DNA of 64,000 nucleotides, from IMG/VR virus record IMGVR_UViG_3300046170_000302. The stretch is one strand, 5' to 3'. Source of the stretch: a virus (taxonomy: Duplodnaviria > Caudoviricetes). This document shows, piece after piece, positions 1 to 8,778 of the stretch. Every line of letters begins with the position of its first letter. The first letter of the stretch is position 1. The notes below the pieces were generated by a model, which saw only the letters and a list, made by a program, of their open reading frames with translations, was not told the DNA's origin and ran no database searches. Both the position numbers and the translations under genes were made by a program.

Positions 1-1
1 A

Positions 2-178
2 GGATTGAAGCCAGTCTATGATGTACCTGCTAAGAACAATCCCTCTCCCTGGACCCAACACTGGATCTCCTCGAAGGGACTGCAAGTGGCACCACAAGAA
101 ACGGAAGTTGAATCTTATGTCGTCGGTGGAATCAAACAGGATGTACAAAAAGACACTTTCTCAGACTTTAAACTCTGA
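2..178 (+). CDS. nrdB: Ribonucleotide reductase class Ia beta subunit, C-terminal fragment (5' truncated by window)
   Basis: Frame from nt 2 reads GLKPVYDVPAKNNPSPWTQHWISSKGLQVAPQETEVESYVVGGIKQD...FKL*; the QVAPQETEVESY motif is the NrdB C-terminus. Not in the ORF track. Confidence 0.9.
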   Translation, partial: GLKPVYDVPAKNNPSPWTQHWISSKGLQVAPQETEVESYVVGGIKQDVQKDTFSDFKL

Positions 179-260
179 GATAGAAGGGAGATATCCCTAT
201 AACAAATCTCTTTTGTCCTATAAGAGGTGGTCTGATAGTCTCAGGCCACCTTTTCGTGGT

Positions 261-446
261 ATGGCACATAAGGTATTGAAGAGATCTTTGGAGTGGTGGT
301 ATGAGAAACCCATCTATCTACATCCTTTACCTGTGAATGAACAGGTTAAGAATGTAAGAAAGGTATATGGTAAGACTCAGTACCCTTCAACAGAAGATAG
401 AGCTACAGAATACATCTGGACTGGCGATGGGGACTGGCACCGATAA
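261..446 (+). CDS. Hypothetical protein (start uncertain)
   Basis: 3' part of track ORF 18..446, first ATG after the nrdB stop. Confidence 0.4.
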   Translation: MAHKVLKRSLEWWYEKPIYLHPLPVNEQVKNVRKVYGKTQYPSTEDRATEYIWTGDGDWHR

Positions 447-469
447 ATACCCCCAGTTGAATACATTAT

Positions 470-898
470 GTGTGTGACTACGAGAACCCCTGGACCTTTC
501 TGGAGAGACCTTTTACTAGTGATGATGTTCACGACTTTTTTGGGTTTGTGTATCTCATTACCAATCTCACAAACCAACGACTCTACATTGGGAGAAAAGT
601 TTTTTGGTTCCACAGAAAACCTCCTGGAAAGAAAAGAAGAGTAAAGAAGGAGTCAGATTGGAAAGTGTACTATGGTTCCTCTGACGAACTGAAGGCGGAT
701 GTTAAACTTCTTGGAACTCATATGTTTCGTAGGGAGATCCTTTCACTGCACAAAACCAAAGGTAAGACAAACTTTGCTGAGACTGAGGCATTATTTAAGA
801 ACAATGTTCTTACAGAATCTATGCCTGATGGTACTCCCAAATACTACAACTCCAACATTATGAATCGTTATTATCGCAAGGATTACTTTGAGATTTGA
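470..898 (+). CDS. GIY-YIG family endonuclease
   Basis: FGFVYLITN...LYIGRK N-terminal motif, YYGSS, downstream Glu; preceded by ATAAATA (443-449). Confidence 0.7.
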   Translation: MCDYENPWTFLERPFTSDDVHDFFGFVYLITNLTNQRLYIGRKVFWFHRKPPGKKRRVKKESDWKVYYGSSDELKADVKLLGTHMFRREILSLHKTKGKTNFAETEALFKNNVLTESMPDGTPKYYNSNIMNRYYRKDYFEI

Positions 899-945
899 TT
901 GAGATACATAATACTACTATAATATTTAAGATTTTTATTTGACTC

Positions 946-1540
946 ATGAAGAAACTATTAACACCTTTACTAGCAACACTGTTGGTAGGATGTCAACAAG
1001 CCTCAACAGGAGCCAACTTATCAGTTGATGTCACTGAAGACAATAACACAGCTGTACCTATTGAAGTTGTTCCACCAATCAAATGGACCTGTCCAACATG
1101 TACAGACAATGAAAAATATGTCCTCAAACAACTACAAGAAAAAACAAGAATCACAGATCGAAATGCCTTGGCAACGATCATGGGTAATATTAAACAAGAA
1201 AGTAAGTTCTATTCCAACATTTGCGAGGGAGGGGACTAGAGTTCCTTACTCTGATTGCCATCGGGGTGGGTACGGACTCATTCAGTGGACCTCTACACAG
1301 CGTCATCTGGGGTTAGGATATTTCGCTAAAAAGTATGGATGTGATCCTAGCACTCTTGAGTGTCAGACACGTTATATGATTAACGAACCTATCTTCCAAC
1401 GGTATCTTCCTGAGTTTGAAGGTAGTGACCAGAGTATTGCTCAGTATATGGTTCCTTCCTACTACTGGTTAGGGTGGGGAATTGAGGGATCAAGAGAGAC
1501 ATATAGTCATCAATACAGATCAAAGCTACTGAAGCCTTGA
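946..1540 (+). CDS. Lipoprotein with phage-tail-lysozyme-like (muramidase) domain; frameshift near 1233
   Basis: Lipobox LLVGC; IMGNIKQES and GGYGLIQWT motifs split over track ORFs 946..1239 and 1025..1540. Confidence 0.7.
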
Positions 1541-1565
1541 CAAGGGTAGGAGCACCCTCTATAAT
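1537..1565 (+). promoter_or_regulatory. Sigma70-type early promoter for the tRNA cluster
   Basis: TTGACA-17 nt-TATAAT, perfect consensus. Confidence 0.85.
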
Positions 1566-1584
1566 ATAAGGGTTGAGAGATCAA

Positions 1585-1633
1585 CTGCGGTGACCCCCTT
1601 GGTAGTTCAGGGTTAGCGGCGATAGGAACTACC
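1585..1633 (+). ncRNA. Candidate pseudoknotted RNA leader of the tRNA transcript
   Basis: GGTAGTTC(1601-1608)/GAACTACC(1626-1633) stem; its loop GGGTTAGCGG can pair with CTGC-gg-TGACCC(1585-1596). Confidence 0.5.
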
Positions 1634-1637
1634 TCTT

Positions 1638-1710
1638 GGGTCAGTAGCTCAGTGGATAGAGCATCGCACTTCTAATGCGTTGGTCGGGGGTTCAAATCCC
1701 TCCTGACCCG
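1638..1710 (+). tRNA. tRNA-Arg(TCT)
   Basis: Cloverleaf, anticodon loop CTTCTAA, GGTTCAAATCC T-arm. Confidence 0.95.
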
Positions 1711-1712
1711 TT

Positions 1713-1784
1713 GCCTCCGTAGCTCAGTGGTAGAGCAGGGCTTTTGTAAAGCTCAGGTCGCAAGTTCAAATCTTGTCAGAGGCT
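1713..1784 (+). tRNA. tRNA-Thr(TGT)
   Basis: Cloverleaf, anticodon arm GGGCT-TTTGTAA-AGCTC. Confidence 0.93.
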
Positions 1785-1788
1785 CCTC

Positions 1789-1862
1789 GCGGAATTAGTT
1801 TAGAGGCAAAACTAAAGGTTTCCAACCTTTCGTCACCGGTTCGATTCCGGTATTCCGCTCCA
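1789..1862 (+). tRNA. tRNA-Gly(TCC), encoded CCA
   Basis: Anticodon arm AAAGG-TTTCCAA-CCTTT; acceptor GCGGAAT/ATTCCGC followed by TCCA. Confidence 0.93.
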
Positions 1863-1863
1863 A

Positions 1864-1935
1864 TCCTCTGTAGCTCAGCGGTAGAGCCGACGACTGTTAA
1901 TCGTCTGGTCGCAGGTTCGAATCCTGCCGGGGGAG
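1864..1935 (+). tRNA. tRNA-Asn(GTT)
   Basis: Anticodon arm GACGA-CTGTTAA-TCGTC; GGTTCGAATCC T-arm. Confidence 0.95.
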
Positions 1936-1938
1936 TTG

Positions 1939-2010
1939 GCTCGAATAGCTCAGCGGTAGAGCACCTCCTTTACACGGAGATTGTCGGGGGTTCGATCCCC
2001 TCTTCGAGCA
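1939..2010 (+). tRNA. tRNA-Val(TAC)
   Basis: Anticodon loop TTTACAC; acceptor GCTCGAA/TTCGAGC. Confidence 0.95.
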
Positions 2011-2025
2011 TTTGTATTTTCTATC

Positions 2026-2208
2026 ATGCAACGATTGCCAGAGATCAAACCCGAACATTATGTTACTGAGAAACAGTGTCAGGAAATGATCGACAAAGCC
2101 ATCGATAAACATAACAAAACAGCAACACTTATCAGTGCAAGTATCGGTACAGTGTTGTTGTTTTTCTATGCACAAGGGTTGCTAATTGTAATCGGTTTGT
2201 GGAAATAA
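2026..2208 (+). CDS. Small cyanophage membrane protein
   Basis: MQRLPEIKPEHY..., C-terminal hydrophobic helix. Confidence 0.65.
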   Translation: MQRLPEIKPEHYVTEKQCQEMIDKAIDKHNKTATLISASIGTVLLFFYAQGLLIVIGLWK

Positions 2209-2241
2209 TATTGTAATAAATAAACCAACTACAACAGACTG

Positions 2242-2412
2242 ATGGAAGTTTTTTCTGTAGAAGAATTTCAAGAACGATGGGACGAACTAATAACTAGAGT
2301 GGAAAAGGGGGAGACGTTAGGAGTAGTGAATGAGAACGGGAATGCAGCTGTGATGGTTCCAGTTGATGATCCAGTATACAAGATGTATTGTGATCACAAC
2401 GAGGCCAGTTAA
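2242..2412 (+). CDS. 56-aa Phd/YefM antitoxin-like protein
   Basis: MEVFSVEEFQERWDELITRVEKGETLGVVNENGNAAVMVP resembles the Phd/YefM N-terminal pattern; below the track cutoff. Confidence 0.55.
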   Translation: MEVFSVEEFQERWDELITRVEKGETLGVVNENGNAAVMVPVDDPVYKMYCDHNEAS

Positions 2413-2480
2413 GTAACTGACCACTCACTTAACCCCACGGGGTTCGTTCCACTATAATATAAAAGTAATCAAACAGAACA

Positions 2481-2696
2481 ATGACTGTTACTTCGAAGTT
2501 TAAAAAGGATCTTCCTACTCTTCGCTCTGCTGCGAATGGTGAATTCTACCTTGATGTAAAGAATCCGAAACTTTTCAAAAAGGTTCGTAAGTATTACGAG
2601 AACGATGGTGTTGAATTCTCTGGTGATCCACTAGATGACTATGATATTTTGATCGATTGTTTGAATGAAGACCTTGAAGTTGTTGAGGTTGGTTGA
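2481..2696 (+). CDS. Conserved cyanophage hypothetical protein
   Basis: 71-aa ORF downstream of TATAAT at ~2452. Confidence 0.7.
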   Translation: MTVTSKFKKDLPTLRSAANGEFYLDVKNPKLFKKVRKYYENDGVEFSGDPLDDYDILIDCLNEDLEVVEVG

Positions 2697-2932
2697 TGAA
2701 AGTTCTATTAGAACGTGGACCTTTTAGATTTGTTGAAAAGGGTACTATTGAACTCAATGGTAAACCTGATTATAGATTACAGGAGCAAGACTACTACAAT
2801 CGTAGATGGTTTGATGTTTACCTGTTCGACAACCAGGAACAATGTCTTTTAGCAATGGAAGACGCGGAGTATCCTAAGTGGTTGACAGGTAAACCCTGCT
2901 ATATCAAAGACTCGGTAAGTCGTGTAAACTAG
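2693..2932 (+). CDS. Hypothetical protein
   Basis: 79-aa ORF overlapping the previous stop. Confidence 0.65.
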   Translation: MMKVLLERGPFRFVEKGTIELNGKPDYRLQEQDYYNRRWFDVYLFDNQEQCLLAMEDAEYPKWLTGKPCYIKDSVSRVN

Positions 2933-2995
2933 CCCTGGTCGGGATTTGAGACTTAGTTATTACTCAACAATAAAAATAACTTGGCGCGGCATGTG
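2908..2995 (+). ncRNA. manA-RNA-like structured element (compact variant)
   Basis: GACT-cggta-AGTC hairpin, GCCCTGGTCGGGA, AGTTATT...AATAACT hairpin, TGGCG; matches my recollection of the manA motif and needs a covariance search. Confidence 0.45.
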
Positions 2996-3005
2996 TAACC
3001 CCATC

Positions 3006-3029
3006 AAAGAGACCTTCGGGTCTCTTTTT
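3006..3029 (+). terminator. Intrinsic terminator
   Basis: AAAGAGACC-TTCG-GGTCTCTTT followed by T tract. Confidence 0.85.
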
Positions 3030-3063
3030 AACGCATAAATATCAGCAGTTATTTTTAAACAAT

Positions 3064-3279
3064 ATGTCAGCAGCAGGATCGGCAGCTAAGTCTGCTAGTG
3101 GGGCAGCAATGTCAAAGTATGATGTCGAAGTAGAGGCGAGACTGAAGGCACTTGAAGCCGCAGTAAAGGAACTTAAGAGTCACTCACATGAATCGTCAGG
3201 TGGTGGTGAATGTGATGGTGATCTAGAAGCCAAAGTTGATGACCTCATCGAGAGACTTGGTAGAAAGATGCAGTTCTGA
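3064..3279 (+). CDS. Hypothetical coiled-coil protein
   Basis: 71-aa ORF after late-type ATAAATA (3035-3041). Confidence 0.7.
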   Translation: MSAAGSAAKSASGAAMSKYDVEVEARLKALEAAVKELKSHSHESSGGGECDGDLEAKVDDLIERLGRKMQF

Positions 3280-3305
3280 TATAATAGAAACAACTACACT
3301 ATAAC

Positions 3306-4361
3306 ATGGCACAATATACTAAGAAGGCACTTGTTCTAGGTGCTGGTGGATTCATTGGTTCTCATATGGTCAAGAGACTTAAGTCTGAAGGCTACTGGGT
3401 TCGTGGTGTTGATCTCAAAGCCCCTGAGTTCTCTGCGACTGAAGCGGATGAATTCGTTTATGGTGATTTGAGAGATGCATCTTTTGTAAAACGCGTTCTT
3501 GAATATAAGGGAGATAGGGGAAATTTCTACTACAGTGTTCCCTATCGGTATATTCAATCCTTTGATGAGATTTATCAGTTTGCAGCTGATATGGGTGGAG
3601 CAGGGTTTGTATTCTCAGGTGAGAATGATGCAGATATCATGCACAACTCTGTAAGTATCAACCTCAATGTTCTAGAAGAACAAAGAAAGAGAAACGAAGT
3701 TACTGGTAGAAACTATACCAAGATCTTCTACTCTGGATCTGCTTGCATGTATCCAGAACATAATCAATTAGATCCTGACAACCCAGATTGTAGTGAAGAC
3801 TCAGCATACCCAGCAAACCCAGACTCCGAATACGGATGGGAGAAGCTCTTCTCCGAGCGTCTGTACTTTGCTTATCATCGTAATCACGGCATCCCTGTTC
3901 GGGTTACTCGATATCATAACATCTTCGGACCAGAAGGAACCTGGGATGGTGGTAGAGAGAAAGCCCCAGCAGCCATCTGTAGAAAGGTAGCACAACTACC
4001 TCCTGTTGGTGGTCACATTGAAGTGTGGGGTGATGGTGAACAGACACGTTCATTCCTTTATATTGATGAGTGTATTGAAGCCTCCCGTCGTTTGATGGAT
4101 AGTGAATTCATTGGTCCTGTGAATATTGGTTCAGAGGAAATGGTAACTATCAATCAACTAACTGATATTGCTTCTAGGGTAGCAGGTAAACCTATTAAGA
4201 GAAACCACAAAATGGATGCACCTCTTGGTGTTCGTGGTAGGAATAGTAACAATGATGTGGTCCGTCGTGAGTTAGGATGGGACTACGAACAACCCCTTGA
4301 AGAAGGGATTCGTAAAACTTATGAATGGATTGAGGCAAGAGTCAATGAACAGAATCAATGA
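3306..4361 (+). CDS. NAD-dependent epimerase/dehydratase, GDP-mannose 3,5-epimerase-like
   Basis: GAGGFIG Rossmann motif, QFAADMGGAGF, SSACMYPE-like, YGWEK (YxxxK), GREKAPAA. Confidence 0.9.
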   Translation: MAQYTKKALVLGAGGFIGSHMVKRLKSEGYWVRGVDLKAPEFSATEADEFVYGDLRDASFVKRVLEYKGDRGNFYYSVPYRYIQSFDEIYQFAADMGGAGFVFSGENDADIMHNSVSINLNVLEEQRKRNEVTGRNYTKIFYSGSACMYPEHNQLDPDNPDCSEDSAYPANPDSEYGWEKLFSERLYFAYHRNHGIPVRVTRYHNIFGPEGTWDGGREKAPAAICRKVAQLPPVGGHIEVWGDGEQTRSFLYIDECIEASRRLMDSEFIGPVNIGSEEMVTINQLTDIASRVAGKPIKRNHKMDAPLGVRGRNSNNDVVRRELGWDYEQPLEEGIRKTYEWIEARVNEQNQ

Positions 4362-5092
4362 TTACAATCAACTCAAGGATGATATTTCTTCTTGGTTGAG
4401 TGAATATAAAGATACAAGTTCATCTGAATGTTTTGTAGTTGGTGTGTCTGGTGGTATTGATTCTGCCGTATCATCAACTCTAGCAGCTGAAACTGGATAC
4501 CCTGTGTATGCTATAGGGAATGCCTATTCATCAAAATGAACAACAGAAAGAACTTTCTGAGACACATCTTGATTGGTTGGAAAGGATTTATCCAAATGTG
4601 GTTGTATTGAGATATGATCTCACCAATACATTTGAATCTTTTCGTTATACTATTGGTGTTGACAGTACCAATGTGGACAATCATTCCTTAGCGAATACAC
4701 GTTCACGACTTCGTATGGTTACTCTGTATCAGATTGCGGGAAGACATAAAGGTCTTGTGGTTGGAACTGGTAACAAAGTCGAAGATTATGGTGTAGGATT
4801 CTACACTAAATATGGTGACGGCGGGGTGGATGTTGCACCTATCGCTGATCTTTATAAGACTGAAGTATGGGAACTTGGTAAATTCTTGGGAGTTGACTCA
4901 AGGATTGTTGAAGCTAAACCAACTGACGGATTATGGGATGATGGACGAACAGATGAGGATCAACTTGGTGCCTCCTATGCTGAACTAGAAGAAGCAATGG
5001 AGACTGGCAGTGGTCCTGGTTTGGAAGTTCTACAAAGGTTCAATAAAATGAACCAACACAAGATGCAACCTATTCCTACATTTACACTATGA
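4345..5092 (+). CDS. nadE: NH3-dependent NAD+ synthetase; frameshift near 4516
   Basis: SGGIDSAV PP-loop, ARLRM-like SRLRM, GTGNKVE, GFYTKYGDGG, PIADLYKTEV, split over two track ORFs. Confidence 0.88.
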
Positions 5093-6243
5093 AAATTGGA
5101 GTTATTGGAGCAGGCAGATTAGGTATCTGTTTTGCCCTTCTTTGTGAACAAGCTGGTTATGATGTTCTAGTATCAGATATCCGTGAGGATTATGTAAAAG
5201 ATCTGAACCAGAAGAAGATCACAACTAATGAGCCCGAAGTAGAAGATCTACTTAGAGTATCAAGAAACTTTAGAGCTACGACTAACAACAAAGAAGTAAT
5301 TGATGAGTGTGATCTCATCTATACTCTTGTGCAAACTCCATCTAATGATGATGGATCATATGATGTATCAGCTGTCTGGCAGGTTGTAGAAGAATTTAGT
5401 GATGTAAAGAAGAGAAAGTATCTTGTGATTGGTTGCACTACCAACCCTGGTGATTGTGATCAGTTTACTTCACAACTTCCTAGTAATGTGAAGGTACTCT
5501 ATAATCCTGAGTTTATTGCACAGGGTAGTATTGTGAGTGATCTTAAGAAGGCCGATATGGTTCTTCTTGGTATTGATCAAACTATGGAGAACGATACAAC
5601 CGTAAAGGATATCAATAATCTCTACAAGAAGATTCAAATCAACAGAGCAATTGTTTGTACTATGAGTACAAAGTCTGCAGAGATTACTAAGATTGCAGTC
5701 AATTGTTTCCTTACAACCAAGATCAGTTACGCCAATATGTTAGGTGATGTCCTTCATATGGCAGGATGTGGTGATGAGGTTACCGCAGTCCTAAGTGCTG
5801 TTGGATGTGATAGTCGTATCGGTAAGAAGTATCTTGGTTGGGGTGTAGGTTATGGTGGTCCTTGTCTTCCTAGAGACAACAGAGCCTTCGCACACTTTGC
5901 TAAGGGTGTAGGACTGGAGTATAACCTAGGTTATGTTACAGATGGTTTCAATAACGAACACGCGAAGATCGTATGTGATTATTGGGATACAATGAACTCA
6001 CATAAACTCCCATACTACTTTGAGTATATTACCTACAAGAAGGGAACAGATATTCTTACAGAGAGTCAACAGTATCGTTTGGCTCTAGACCTCCTAGAGA
6101 GAGGACACAAGGTCTATATTCAGAATGACAGAAGGGTCACACCTCAAGTGTCTGAATACCTTGACAAAACCTATGGTGATATGGTAAGATTCGTGGACAA
6201 CAAGTTCAACATCACTGAAGACATCTTTATTGTAAACTTATGA
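5089..6243 (+). CDS. ugd: UDP-glucose/GDP-mannose dehydrogenase family
   Basis: GAGRLG, NPEF, K..N.FL..KIS, GYGGPCLPRD. Confidence 0.9.
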   Translation: MKIGVIGAGRLGICFALLCEQAGYDVLVSDIREDYVKDLNQKKITTNEPEVEDLLRVSRNFRATTNNKEVIDECDLIYTLVQTPSNDDGSYDVSAVWQVVEEFSDVKKRKYLVIGCTTNPGDCDQFTSQLPSNVKVLYNPEFIAQGSIVSDLKKADMVLLGIDQTMENDTTVKDINNLYKKIQINRAIVCTMSTKSAEITKIAVNCFLTTKISYANMLGDVLHMAGCGDEVTAVLSAVGCDSRIGKKYLGWGVGYGGPCLPRDNRAFAHFAKGVGLEYNLGYVTDGFNNEHAKIVCDYWDTMNSHKLPYYFEYITYKKGTDILTESQQYRLALDLLERGHKVYIQNDRRVTPQVSEYLDKTYGDMVRFVDNKFNITEDIFIVNL

Positions 6244-7152
6244 TTGGATATGATCGCCTAGGAACGAATGGTCGTTTCGGTAACCAACTCTTTCAGTATG
6301 CAGCACTGAGAGGTATTGCATCAAAACATGGGTATGAGTGGTGTATTCCTCCTGATAGTCATGACACCTATGCTAACTATGGGATGCATCATCCCTTTGA
6401 GTTGGTTGGACTGAAACCAGATAACATTGGATTTGTGAATGAGAATGTCTCACCACAATCTATGTTTTCTTTCCAGGCTCTTAAGGAAACTAATCCTAAT
6501 ACTAAGAATGTAACTGAGGGTGCTTATTGTTTTGATGAAGAACTCTTCAATAACTTTGAGGACGGAACAAACCTAGATGGATATCTTCAGACTGAAAAGT
6601 ATTTCAAACACATCGAACACGAGATTCGTGCAGACTTCGCATTCAAGCCAGAGATTCTAGAACCCTTGTAATGACTTTATCAGTAATTTTGAGAACATTA
6701 ATTTTCTCCATGTTCGTCGCGGAGATAATGTGGGTCGTGAAGATTATTATCGGATGATGACGTTTGACTATTACACAAGAGCTTTGGAACTATTTCCTGA
6801 AGACTCTCATGTATTGGTATGTTCTGATGATCCTCAGTGGTGTTCTGAACAAGAGTTCTTTGATGATGAAAGGTTCTTGATTAATACTGATGTTCCTGAG
6901 TATGACCATATGTGCCTAGAAGGTGATGGTGGTCGTCGTCGTTCTAAGGTTCCTTATACTGACCTGTGTCTAATGTCTCTATGTAATGGAGCTATTCTCT
7001 CCTCCTCCTCTCTGGGTTGGTGGGGAGCCTGGTTGCAGAAGGGTAGGACTAACCCTGTAGTGGCTCCTGAACACTGGTATGGACCTGTCCTAGAGGCTGT
7101 CAATGATTGTAAAGACCTCTACCCTGACGAGTGGACCGTTATCCCTAACTAA
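6240..7152 (+). CDS. Glycosyltransferase family 11 (alpha-1,2-fucosyltransferase-like); frameshift near 6663
   Basis: GRFGNQLFQYA, GYLQTEKYF, HVRRGD, SSLGWWGAWL. Confidence 0.85.
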
Positions 7153-7153
7153 T

Positions 7154-7975
7154 ATGAGACACGATCTTAAAGACACCACTTTCATCATTCCTATTTGTAT
7201 CGAATCAGAAGATCGAATGAGGAATGTAATCACTACATTGTGTTATCTCCTTGAGAACTTTGATACAAAGGTTATTCTCAAGGAGGTTGACACTGAATCA
7301 GTATTTCAACAACAGTGTCTCCCTCAGATCTCGGAGTATGTGGAGGATGGGATTGAGAACTTAACTCATATCTTTGAGAAGAGTGATCCTGCTGACAATA
7401 TGTTCTATCGTATGAGATATCTCAATGAGATGTTGAGTATGTGTGAAACAGAGGTAGTTGCTAACTATGATTGCGATGTTTTACTGCCTGTTAATACATA
7501 CCTAGAAGCACAAAAGTTTATTACTGAAGGAGGTTATGATGTCATCTACCCCTATGGTCAAGGTCCATGGCAAAAGAAAGTATATGCTACCGATGAAATG
7601 GTATCTAAGTTTCTATCTAACGACTGTAAGTTCTCACATCTAGAGAAAAAGGTAGAGATTGATAATGCAGAGAGTGGCCACGCACAGTTCATTCGTAGGT
7701 CAACATACATTGAAGCTGGTATGGAGAATGAAAACTTCATCTCATACTCACCAGAAGATAAGGAGAGACTTCATAGGTTCAATATCCTTGGATACAATGT
7801 AGGTAGGATTGAGAACTGGGTGTATCACCTAGAACATATGAGAACTCATAACTCATGGTTAAATAATCCACACATGCAAAACAACTTTGCCTTGTGGGAG
7901 TTTCTCAAACCTTTGAGTGAAGAAGAACTTAGGCAATACTACAAAGAACAGAAGTATCTCAAGAAGTATACATGA
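7154..7975 (+). CDS. GT-A fold glycosyltransferase (GT2/GT7C-like)
   Basis: TFIIP, DCD (DxD), GMENENF..EDKE, YHLEH. Confidence 0.75.
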   Translation: MRHDLKDTTFIIPICIESEDRMRNVITTLCYLLENFDTKVILKEVDTESVFQQQCLPQISEYVEDGIENLTHIFEKSDPADNMFYRMRYLNEMLSMCETEVVANYDCDVLLPVNTYLEAQKFITEGGYDVIYPYGQGPWQKKVYATDEMVSKFLSNDCKFSHLEKKVEIDNAESGHAQFIRRSTYIEAGMENENFISYSPEDKERLHRFNILGYNVGRIENWVYHLEHMRTHNSWLNNPHMQNNFALWEFLKPLSEEELRQYYKEQKYLKKYT

Positions 7976-8778
7976 TTGGTTTTAACTACCTAGGAAAACT
8001 AGGACAACTTGGTAATCAGATGTTCCAGTATGCATCACTCATTGGTGTTGCAGATAAGATTGGAACATCTTTTTGTATCCCACATCATCATGAAGTGATG
8101 GTTGACAACCTGGGAAATAGACTTAGGATAGAGTTGTTTGATGCATTTGATATCAAACCAGATAGGGTTGGATTTATTCCTACTGATAAGAACTATCAAG
8201 AAGGAGAGTTCACTTTCGAAGAGGGAGCATTCCAGATTGACACTGAACATGACACATGTCTGATTGGTTTCTTTCAAACCGACAGATACTTTAGACACAT
8301 TCAAGATCGTATCAGATCAGAGTTTACATTCAAGAATGAAATTAAAGAGGAGTGTCAGGATATCGTGGATTGTTTTGACAATCCTGTTGCTTTGCATATT
8401 CGTAGAGGTGATTATCTCATCAATAGTGGTAATCATCACAACCTTTCTGATGATTATTATGAACATGCATTGAAAGAGTTTGACGAAGATCGACAAGTGG
8501 TTATCTTTACTGATGACCCTGAGTGGGCATTGAACAACCCTCTCTTTGGAAGTGATAGATTCATCGTATCAGAAGGTAATGGTCCTTATCATGACCTGTA
8601 TATGATGACACAGTGTAGTGATTTTATTATCTCTAACTCTACATTCTCATGGTGGGGAGCTTGGTTGGCTGACAAAGGTAAGGTGATAGCACCTGAGGCT
8701 TGGTTTGGTCCTAACAACTCAGATAAATCTACAAGGGATTTGTATCCCGAACATTGGACAATTATTCCTCAATCATAA
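7972..8778 (+). CDS. Glycosyltransferase family 11, second paralog
   Basis: GQLGNQMFQYA, HIRRGDY, NSTFSWWGAWL. Confidence 0.88.
   Translation: MIGFNYLGKLGQLGNQMFQYASLIGVADKIGTSFCIPHHHEVMVDNLGNRLRIELFDAFDIKPDRVGFIPTDKNYQEGEFTFEEGAFQIDTEHDTCLIGFFQTDRYFRHIQDRIRSEFTFKNEIKEECQDIVDCFDNPVALHIRRGDYLINSGNHHNLSDDYYEHALKEFDEDRQVVIFTDDPEWALNNPLFGSDRFIVSEGNGPYHDLYMMTQCSDFIISNSTFSWWGAWLADKGKVIAPEAWFGPNNSDKSTRDLYPEHWTIIPQS

Noticed and set aside
18-446. 142-aa track ORF as a single gene
   Set aside because: Its first ~55 codons are an off-frame shadow of the nrdB C-terminus.
1773-2175. ORFs overlapping the tRNA cluster
   Set aside because: They are chance open frames across clear tRNA genes.
4345-5092. 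Complete NAD-reconstitution (NARP-type) anti-defence pathway
   Set aside because: No Adps/Namat or Nampt/Nmnat partner is recognisable in this window; only NadE is present.
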